From: Neophaeotheca triangularis
Taxonomy: Eukaryota
Length of the DNA: 64,000 bases
Direction: 5' to 3'
Assembly (NCBI GenBank): GCA_054600435.1
Contig: BAAIJX010000064.1
Location: forward strand, 1-64,000
Part shown: positions 54,934 through 64,000 of the stretch, piece by piece
Position numbering within the stretch: position 1 is the stretch's first letter
Layout: each line of letters starts with the position of its first letter
Notes under the pieces: model-generated
Told to the model about the DNA's origin: nothing
Seen by the model: the letters and a program-made list of their open reading frames with translations, nothing else
Databases searched by the model: none
Program-made: the position numbers and the translations under genes

Positions 54934-55513
54934 TAGTTGATGTGTTCTCTTTCTGGGTAATGAGGTGTGTATTTCTGGTCGCTTTGGTGGTTGGTGGAGA
55001 GTAGCCAAGAGAAGAGGCTGCTTCCGAGGTTTGTGCTTTCAGCGACGGTGTTGTCGGCGTAACATGGGGTCGAGCTCTTCCGTCCCGGAACACTGGGTGC
55101 ATGCCGTCAATGGCGAGGCTTTGGCATAGCGGGCACGTTGTTATTATCATTATAGGAAGGAGAGAATTGTACAAATCGACACAGATTATCTCCAACTACC
55201 TCGACTACTTTGAGACAGGAAACGCATCCGTAAAGCGGGAAAAGTCCGGAGTCGCCCCTATTCATTGCCCCTTCTGCATCCTGACTCCTTATATTGGCCC
55301 TCGCTTCGCAGCAATATTTCAACAACTGCGAGGGAACTTTCACAGCTACCTGAACCTTGGCCCATTTAAGGGGGGGAATCCAGCGATTTTCAAGCATGAG
55401 AGATCGCCACAGCCATCAGTTTTGTAGATAGAGGCCATTTCCGTAGGACTCTTAGCTGCAAGAATGAGCGCATGGGCATCTCGACTACAAGGAGGTGGCC
55501 ATAGCCAGAGACA

Positions 55514-55715
55514 CCGGTAGAGCAGCATACCTTTATGCTTTTTCCAGGCCGCTCCCGACGAACCCTGAAAGCCCACCGGAAGGAATGATTATCGCGCGGG
55601 GTCGAACCGTAGCAGGTTCCCAGGGTGAATAACCTCTAGTTGATGGAACAATTTAGAGAAGGGAAAACAGATCCGTAAGGTCGGGATCGGTGAAATTATT
55701 GGTCCTAGTGGTTCG
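55514..55715 (+). pseudogene. Degenerate dispersed 28S (LSU) rRNA fragment
   Basis: Colinear match to remembered LSU sequence (GCTCCCGACG..GGAAGGAAT..AACCG[C]AGCAGGT..GGTGAA..CCTCTAGTTGAT.GAACAAT.TAGA.AAGGG..AGATCCGTAA..TCGGGA) with substitutions and deletions. Confidence 0.8.
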
Positions 55716-55825
55716 ACGAGCTGCGTCCTTTCATTAGTGTGGCAGTTACGACACTTCAGGCTCTACTGGTCTGGCCAGTCTTTTAGCATATTTCCCTACT
55801 AATTCACCTACCTATTCATCTACCC

Positions 55826-55885
55826 ACTCACCTACCTACTCACCTACCTACTCACCGACCTACTCACCGACCTACTCACCGACCT
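55826..55885. repeat. 12-bp minisatellite (ACTCACCKACCT), about 5 copies
   Basis: Direct reading. Confidence 0.8.
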
Positions 55886-56105
55886 TACCTTCTACCTACC
55901 CAAACCACCTACCAAGCACAGCCGCTCAAACAAGCAAACTCCCTTCAAGTGCGCGCTCGCTCCCTCGTTCACCCACCACTCTGTCAAGCATACTGAATCA
56001 CGAAACTTTCCCGTCCGGAGGGACGGCAAGCTTTCCAGTCGTAAAGAGTAGCATTCTGAATGGTATATGATGCCTTCCCACGAATAGTCCCGGCCGTTAG
56101 CCCCC

Positions 56106-59100
56106 TTAAAACCCCATCTTTGACTTGAGAACTGCGAATCACAAAGTCAGCAAATCCGCCCCACGTTCTTCCAACTACACTTTACTAGTAGCCTTCACCA
56201 CCAGCGCAAACCACCAGGCAAGCATAACAAAGGGAAGAGGGGTAAATGAGAAGAAGAACAAAAACTCACAACTAGTAGCCAACCCCCTCTTCTGCTGCCC
56301 AACAAACTTATTAACATCATTAACCCACCCACTGGAATTCTGCTCCAGCTGCTCCATCGAATCCCCAACCATGCCCAACTTCTCCGTCCGCTCCTGCACC
56401 TGCCGCTGCATGTACGCCCAATAACCCTCGTCTTGGGCCCCACCACCTCTTGCGATATTCGCTCTCTCCGCCGCCCGAGCCTTTTCCTCGTCGGCGCGGC
56501 TTTGTGCCACCATGCGTTTGGAGGGAGGTCGATCGGGCCCGCCTATTAGGATGTCCATGTCCGCTGGCGTGACGTATTGGGTTCCCGTGAGCCATTGGAC
56601 ATTGCTGATAGTCGGACGGGGCGGGATGAGGGCTTCGGGGTTGAAGATTTTATCGCCGCTGCGGCCGCTGCCGATGAGACTGTCGCCGGTGCCCCAGAGA
56701 TCGAGGAGGGCGATTTCGCTTGGGCCGGTGAAACCCACGACGGTGCCCTGGGGGGTGATTACGGCATCGGGGAAGCGGCGGACGTCGAGGATGGTGTTGG
56801 CGGGGGCTGAGCCAATTTCGCGCAGGGCGGGGAGGGAGTAGGCTCGGGCGTAGCCGTCGCCGAAGAGGCCGAGGAGGGCGTGGCCGGCGTCTTGGTACCG
56901 GGCGACGGCGGCGGAGTCGCAGAAGAAGGAGTCGAAAGATTTGTGGGCGCCTTTGGAGGTTGCGGGACGGGAGATGTGGGCGGAAGAGGCGGTGACGGTT
57001 ACGAGGGCACCGTTGACGCGGTTGCCGGAGCGAAGACTGCCGACGGCTTGTTGGGTCGCGAGGGCCGGGCGGCCGGTTTCGGCGTGGATGGGGGAGATGT
57101 GGAAGATGCGGCTGTCGGAAAGGTGGATGGAGCCGGCGTGTTGCACTGTGTAGCGGCCGGAAGGGTCGGGGACGATTTTGAAAGTGGCGAGGTGGCCTTG
57201 GCTCGTGCCGGCGTGGAGGAGGATGCTGCTGTAGTCTTCATTTTCGAGCGTCATGACGCTAAACTCTAGCGAGGTCACATATGGCTTTTTACTGCTGGCA
57301 TCATCGCTGTTTTTCCTGCGGATGCTGCGCTTCTTGTCCTGTGTAAGGCTTTGCATCGATTCGTTGTAGATGATGGCTGGGCCTCTAAGGTCGATCACCG
57401 CGATGCTCCCGCCTTGGAAGCCGGCGGCAACGAATCCGACTTCGCTCATCTTGACGGCAGTGACCGGGCCGTCGCCTTGATTCAAAAGTGTGAAAGGAAG
57501 TAGACCTTCTGAGAGCGAAGGCTCAACGCGATCGATTACATTTGTGAGAGCTCCAACCGTGTTTCTGGTCGCTTGTGGAGGGTCTTTTCCGGCATTCCTA
57601 TTGCGGTTCCAGCGGAACACCACAAGCTCCCCAGATTGCACACCAACTGCCATCTCCGAGCTGGCTGGGGCAAACGAGGTTTGTGTCACTCGCACGCCAT
57701 CAAGGGCGTTGACTGCTCTCGCCACGTCTGCCTGTAGCATGTTCTCATTTTCAATCTCGTCGCCATGCCCGATGTCCCAGAGTCTGATGGTGCCATCGGC
57801 GTGTATTGTTTGAACGACGTTTCGGTTCTCAAACCTTCGCATCGGACGAGGGGCCTCTGCGCCACCTTTGAGGATTGGCGGGCCATGCTGTCTTCTCTCA
57901 GTGAAGCCTAGCCACCTCTCTCGCTCTACGGGGGTAACGTTGAGGCGTTGAATGAACGGGTGCACGAAAGTTATGGAGGGATGTAGGTAGTTAGTTGGCG
58001 ATACAGGAATACCTGAAGGAAAGCTGAGAGTGATTAGTTCGCCTGATGCCATCAATGCTATGACCGCAATGGGGTCGTGTGCTCCAGCATAGTGAGGTGA
58101 GGATCTGGGTATGATGCAAAAGTCGACGACTTCTGTTCGAGGTGGCGTTGGTAGCACGTGTGTTCGTTTTGGCGACTCGAAATGTTTGGAGAGAAGATCC
58201 CAGGTCGCGGTGTTGTAGACCGGCGTTCTTCCCAACTCGAAGAAAGTCAAGCCTTTCGCAGGTGATTGAGTGCTGGCGCCTCCTGCGATCAATATTCCGG
58301 TGTCGTCCGGGTCAGAGCCATTTGCACACCATGAGATGCGAAAGATGGGTTCTTTGAGTGCAAAAGTCCCAGTCTGGCTACTCATCATAGCGCTGCGGTT
58401 TCCGGGTGTGGCTACATCGGTGTCCGTCAACGTCCTCGCCATGAGCATGCGACCATCCTTGTTGACATCCCAAAACACCAAAGAACTGTCTTCATAGCCG
58501 GTTAGAATGAATGTACCAGTCGGGTGCCATACCGCCTGCACTAATTTCGGCCTCCTGAAAGTCTGAGAAGCAGTCGGGTCGCCATCGCCACCTGGAGCAC
58601 CCTTGGGTATTTCATAAGGGAAGAAGTTCTTTGCCTTGTTGAGTTTGAAGTCGTAAATTGCTGCGCCAAGGGTAAAGCCAATCAACAAAGTCCCGATATC
58701 TCGAGGGTGGAACTGCAACGTCTGAACGCCAGCCACCCGCGCCTTGGGCTCAACCGCCTGCCACAGGTTGGGGACTTTGAAGGGTGCCAAATTCTCTCGA
58801 TCCAAATCATAAGCCAGCAAATCGCCTGTTTGCATTCCCAGGATACAGTAATCGATCATGGGATCGGTGGCAATGGCGGTCACAACACCAGGAGGGCTAT
58901 GACTGGCCAGCAATCTCTTGGCATCGAGCGAGTAGACGGAAATGTCGTGCTTCGAATCCAAACAGACGAGCTTGTCGGCGCAGAACTGCAGTGTCTGAGC
59001 TGCTGCCCCTGAGCGCGCTAGAGGGAGGGTAACGCATATCCGGCCGCGGCCAAAGACGTAGATCTGGCCAGGTCCAAATTGGGAGGATTTTGTTCCGACG

Positions 59101-59255
59101 GCTAGCAGAGATTGCACGGGGTCATAGGCAAGAGCGGAGGTTTGCGAGTTGATGCCATATCGTGCTAGGTCGTCTATGGCCAAATGATCCTGACTGAGAC
59201 CAGCGGAGAGGTCATTCTGAATGCCTGCTTGCTTGCCTCGGAGGAGATGGGTCAT
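56106..59255 (-). CDS. SRO7: Lgl/tomosyn-family WD40 exocytosis regulator (intron 56132-56269)
   Basis: LAYDPVQSLLAVGT, WHPTG and C-terminal ERTEKL SNARE-like helix; the intron gives the ending FLKSKMGF*. Confidence 0.92.
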
Positions 59256-59603
59256 GACGGATGATGATGGTTCATGGGGTGTAAGTTAGAGCGGACAATC
59301 GCTGCCGTTGCAATCGATTGGCAGGGAGTTCTCAGTTGTTGCAAGGAAGATGGGCAAGTGATTGAGTATATCTTCCAGGATACATAGATAAGGTAGCTTG
59401 TCTGTACTCTACTTGAAGCCCTCCAACTGCCTTGGCATATAGGTTGACTAAGCAAAGCAAGAGGAGAGCCGAAGTTCAGCCTCGTCATGTTATTCCATCC
59501 ATGTCCATGCACTTTACGCGCCTCACACGAGAAGTCGCGTCTGGCGTTGGGCGGCGTTGGCATCGGCGCTTTCTTTCTTCATTCTCCCTTAGCAACTATC
59601 GGC

Positions 59604-59678
59604 AACAACAACACCACCACTACCACCACCACCACCACCACCACCATAACCACCACCATAACCACCACCACCACCATC
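59604..59678. repeat. (CAA/CAC/CAT)n microsatellite in the SRO7-ASF1 divergent intergenic region
   Basis: Direct reading. Confidence 0.85.
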
Positions 59679-59799
59679 AGCTCCACATAACATAACTTCA
59701 CTCTACCTCAAACTTACAACACAACATTACCACCCGCATCTACCGTCTGCACCGCAATATCAAACCAACAGTCACATCGCCCACCACCCACCGCCCGCC

Positions 59800-60831
59800 A
59801 TGGCTACCGTCTCCCTCCTCAACGTCTCCGTCCGTAACAACCCGGCCGCATTCTCCGACCCATACGAGTTCGAAATCACATTTGAATGCCTCGAGCAACT
59901 ACAAAAAGACCTCGAATGGAAACTCACCTACGTCGGCTCCGCAACCTCGTAAGCCCACCACCACCACCCTCTGTTTCCCTCCAAACCCACCCCAACTACC
60001 CAACTAACCTCCATCCCTCCCAGCTCCGAACACGACCAAGAACTCGACTCCCTCCTAGTCGGCCCCATCCCAGTGGGCGTCAACAAATTCGTCTTCGAAG
60101 CCGACCCGCCCTCAACCGCCAACATTCCCTCATCCGAAATCCTCGGCGTCACCGTCATCTTGCTAACCTGCAGCTACGACGGCCGCGAATTTGTCCGCGT
60201 CGGCTACTACGTCAACAACGAATACGTGGACGAGACGCTGCAGAATGAGCCCCCTGCCAAACCCGTTGTCGAGAAAGTACGACGCAGCATTTTGGCTGAG
60301 AAACCCAGGGTTACCAGGTTCGCGATTAAGTGGGATACCGAGGAGAGTGCGCCTGCAGAATTCCCGCCTGAGCAGCCCGATGTCGATCAGGAGGCTGCGG
60401 ATGGGGAGCAGTATGGGGCAGAGGAGGACGAGGACGATGAGGAGGACGAGGCTGAGGAGGGTGCCGAGGGGGTTGAGGGTGAGGCTTCTGCGGATGCTAA
60501 GGCTAAGGCTAAGGTTAAGGGTGATGATACCGAGATGGAGGGGGTTGAGGGTGGGAATGGCAAGGCTGGGAACGGCAAGGAGGAGGATGAGGAGAGCGAC
60601 GCTGGGTCTGAAGACTTGGAGGCTGAGAGTGAGGGGGATGAGGAAGAGGATCTGGAGGACGAGGAGGGTGATGGCGAGGGCGAGGGCGAGCAGAATGGCG
60701 ATGTCGAGATGGATGACGGGACTGAGGGCAACAACGGTAACAACAACAATGCCGCTTCTTCGGCTGATGCGAAGAAGGCTACCCCCCAGGACCAACAGCA
60801 GCAACATCAGCCCGATGTGATGGTGCACTAG
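59800..60831 (+). CDS. ASF1: Histone H3-H4 chaperone (exons 59800-59948, 60024-60831)
   Basis: [40 protein letters not shown] motifs and acidic tail. Confidence 0.97.
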
Positions 60832-61411
60832 GAGAGCCCTTCGAGGGTTGGGGTTACTGCCTAACTCGACTCGTGCTGGATTTCGAAAGTACGGTAAAGG
60901 GCTTCATTCTTCTAGGCATGAGGGACGTGTGGCATGAGGGGATGCGCTCGTGGGAATATGTTTCCCTTGCCAAGAAGCATCACTAGCGTAGTCTTTGAAA
61001 GGTCACGGCCACGAGACTGTTGCATAGCGGTTATTGAGAAAACAATATATCCGTGTGGTCAAGGCAGTACGCCTACAAGCGAGAGGGATTCGTTACTTTT
61101 CTTGAGTCTGCACAGGTGTAGACCCGCCATTTTGATTCACGCTTCTGATTGCTTCTATACCATCCACATGACTGCCGCTCTGTAAGACGATGACACTGCA
61201 GGAGCGACTGCACCGGCCTCTTTTCTTGCGGATTGGCTTATTGATGTAGACATACGTGTGTGTAGTGGGCTGGGAATCTTGAAAGTACCTAAGCAGGTTG
61301 AGTACGGTTGCCGTTGATCAGTGGGCGATGAGCGGCACAATGGCTTTTATTTAGAAGCGGGACGAACTTTAGGTGAGAGAGAGAGTTTAGGAAAAGCTGG
61401 GGGTTTGAGGA

Positions 61412-61468
61412 AGGGAGGGGAGGGAAGGGGAGGGGAGGGGAGGGGAGGGGAGGGGAGGGGAGGGGAGG
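61412..61468. repeat. (GGGGA)n polypurine tract
   Basis: About 11 units by direct reading. Confidence 0.9.
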
Positions 61469-62022
61469 AAAATGTTGAGCTCCCATGTTACTTTGGGAAT
61501 GTAGGAGAGTAGGAGAACGGGGTCTATTTGGTTTGGTTTTGTTCGAGAAGTGTGTGTGAAAGAGTCTGTCTATAGTGTGGAATTGGATGGGCTTGAGAAG
61601 TGGTCGTTGAAGAGGCTAGAACTCCGATGCACGCTATGAAGAGCGTCATGTGGCAAGATGGCCCCTGGATCGCATTTTGCTAGGCACATTACGGGTTGCA
61701 CTTTTCCCTTGGCTTTCTTCGATCGTGCTCTGTGACGGCTCTGTTGGTGGATGTTCTATTGTATCGATTGTACCGCGTACGCCTTGGAGTGGCCCCTAGA
61801 ATGAACCCGGGATATGGAAAACGAAAACACCACTTCGAGAGAAGCAGCCCTGTAGTCAAACTCGATGACCGATCAAAAGTCGCGAAACCGTCGCTTTGAA
61901 GAAGTAGGACCCAAACCTCGCGAACTCCCAATACCATCATCAAGCACCACAGCCACCAGAATCACCACACCATCCACTCTCCGCCCTTCGCCCAGTCCGC
62001 CCTAGATCCCAGCACTGCACCA

Positions 62023-63381
62023 TCAACAACACCCCTCGCCCTCAGCATGCTCATGATACCTAGCACAAAGCCCCCTGCCAGCCCAAGGCTTACAGCCACT
62101 CGTATCGAGTCCCACGACCCAGCCCTCGCCAGCCTTCCTCAGACAAACGGCGCAAAAAGCCTTGTCGCAACTGACGCACTTCTCGGCGCCGACGCCGGGC
62201 TTCAGAACCTCCTTGCAGCCCTCGCAGGCGCGCGAACTGCTCCAGCTGCCCGGGCGCCAGACAGCGAGGCCGTGCCGCTCGACGGCTTCGACGCCGGGGC
62301 GTTTGAGCTTCACCACCAGCTCGCGGAGGAAGCGCGGGTGCCATTCGTCGCGGTGGCATTCGAGGAGTTTGTCGGTTTTCTTGTACGCGAAGAGGTCGAG
62401 GACGAGGCGGCGGAGGGGCGAGTTTTCGCGGATGCTGTCGCAGAGGATCCACGTGTCCGACGGCGTGGGCACCGAGTTTGTCGTTTCCGAGAGCCGGGCG
62501 ATGGTCGTGAGGATTGTGTTGGATAAGGGTGTGGTTAGCAGGCGGTCCGAGAGGGCGTAGAGGTCCATGAGGAGGAAGTATTTTGGGGATCCGGCCGAGT
62601 TGCGGAGGTCGCCGTCGTGGTGGGTGTCGAGGAGGAGGTGGGGGGCGGATGGGGGGTGGGGTTGGGGGTGTTGCGCGTGCGAGGAGTTTGGGGGGGTCAG
62701 GATAGTCGTTGTGGCGCCGCTTGCTGGCGTCGTGAGAGAGCCGGTGTACAGCCATTGCAGGAACCACTCGAAAATTTCGGGCTTTTCTTCGGGCAGCCGA
62801 ACGGTTTGCTCGAGGCCTTCGGCGAAAGTGCCGTTCAGGGCGGCTGCGAAGAAGGGCGAGGAGCCGGTTATGAGTTCTTTGTGGACGAGGTATTGGGTCA
62901 GGGGCCGGGATTTGCTGCCGTCTTCGCCTACGAAGACGGTGGCGACGCCGGAGAAGCTGCGGAAGGAGGTGCGGAGAGGTAGACGGTCGGGGGAACGACG
63001 AGGACGCGGGGAGCGGGAGCGCGGGATCGAGAGCGCGGGTTCGTGGGTGCCGCTGTTGCGATTGGCGCTTTCGGGGGACCGAGCGGACATGGTGTCACCA
63101 CGTACTCTGCGGCTTTCGTAGCGAGCTAGTGCTTCCATTCTCGAGCCCTCAAAGCCTACCCTAGACAGACCGACGGCGGGAGAGAAGAGCGAAGGTGCGA
63201 TAGTGGTGGCAACACCCTCCATCGGCGCCGGTCTACCTTCGTGAGTCGGTGAACCCGCCATGGGCGTATCGACGGGTGAATTAGTGGCAGAAGATGAAGC
63301 AGGCGAGGGCACTTCAGTAGTGGCTGGAACCATAGACATGTTCAAAGGCGTGGTGACGGTGAATCTATCCGGAGCTGACAT
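62023..63381 (-). CDS. BTB/POZ-domain protein with Cys-rich C-terminus; start uncertain
   Basis: YLVHKELI..SSPFFAAALNG.FAEG..VRLPEE.PEIFEWFLQWLY BTB motif; CxxC pairs and C.RYHEH tail; the frame stays open upstream of the first ATG. Confidence 0.85.
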   Translation of the reverse strand: MSAPDRFTVTTPLNMSMVPATTEVPSPASSSATNSPVDTPMAGSPTHEGRPAPMEGVATTIAPSLFSPAVGLSRVGFEGSRMEALARYESRRVRGDTMSARSPESANRNSGTHEPALSIPRSRSPRPRRSPDRLPLRTSFRSFSGVATVFVGEDGSKSRPLTQYLVHKELITGSSPFFAAALNGTFAEGLEQTVRLPEEKPEIFEWFLQWLYTGSLTTPASGATTTILTPPNSSHAQHPQPHPPSAPHLLLDTHHDGDLRNSAGSPKYFLLMDLYALSDRLLTTPLSNTILTTIARLSETTNSVPTPSDTWILCDSIRENSPLRRLVLDLFAYKKTDKLLECHRDEWHPRFLRELVVKLKRPGVEAVERHGLAVWRPGSWSSSRACEGCKEVLKPGVGAEKCVSCDKAFCAVCLRKAGEGWVVGLDTSGCKPWAGRGLCARYHEHAEGEGCC

Positions 63382-64000
63382 GCGCTGAGGAGGTGGACGG
63401 CGAAACCACACGGGTGTCTCGTTGGGATCCAGGACGAAGGGGAGCCTGGGGCGATTGATGAGCCCGGAGAAGCTGAGGCGCTGTCGGCGAGGAGAAGTGT
63501 TTGTGTCTGCTGCTGACGCGCTTCTGTGATGGAGAAGGTTGCGAAAGGCCGTGGTCAATGGTGTTGGAATTGTCGTACTTGTGATGGTGGGATAAAGTCA
63601 ATGCCCCTGAGTGGTGCGATACGGACGAACGACTGCAATCTTAAAAGGTGTGAATTGTTTGAGAGATGGGAAGAACGAGAGGTACTGTGCTGCTATGGCG
63701 AGACCAACAATGAGTAGGAAAAAGGCAAATAGGTCATCTCATACTTACCTGCAATTCGAGCCCTCGGCAGCGCATGTCTTTGTCGCAAGCGGTGTTATAC
63801 ATGCCTACCGAAAGCGGCCGTCGACGCCGCTGACTGCGGGCGCAAACGGAAAACAATGAGACAAACCGCTGAATCTCGCCGGGGAGTTTGGCTCGCATTG
63901 GACATTACTTGCATGTCACACTTGCTGCAGGTAGCCGTGCATTAGTAGACACCTTCATGGCTTCTTCAAATGAAATAGGACGAGAGGTCGATTTGGCGAA

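Noticed and set aside
55980..56100. Possible 5S rRNA or C/D snoRNA
   Set aside because: No match to the 5S consensus; box order is not convincing
60163..60828. Hydrophobic antisense ORF over ASF1
   Set aside because: Mirror of the GAG/GAT-rich acidic tail

Overview
Left end of a filamentous-ascomycete chromosome (Pezizomycotina; Dothideomycete-like is my guess, not provable here). It opens with about 20 (CCCTAA) telomeric repeats. A roughly 3 kb AT-rich, RIP-mutated subtelomere follows and contains a frame-intact, nonsense-riddled Tc1 (DD34E) transposase relic. From 3.6 to 17 kb there is an accessory block: cupin, Zn2Cys6 factor, PEBP, secreted choice-of-anchor-B-like protein, a NACHT (NLR-like) gene with two in-frame stops, an F-box-like relic and a 3-exon secreted Cys-periodic protein that the ORF track misses. 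From 18 kb onward the genes are mostly core housekeeping: MSN5, DNAJC3-like, GH5 EGCrP, CTP1, MAM33, SKI3, PCM1, BLI-3-like, GH17, RMND1-like, VPS41, SRO7, ASF1 and a BTB protein. An aldo-keto reductase pseudogene and a decayed 28S rDNA fragment lie among them. The most notable observations are (1) a spliced, in-frame 153-aa extension directly behind the MSN5 UAG stop with no AUG near its start (readthrough or A-to-I editing candidate), (2) the two-module CX13C coiled-coil-like secreted protein with a central KR site, and (3) the NACHT gene whose only visible lesions are stops that A-to-G editing would turn into Trp. Gene names come from my recognition of motifs and no database searches were run. 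Exon boundaries were read by eye.
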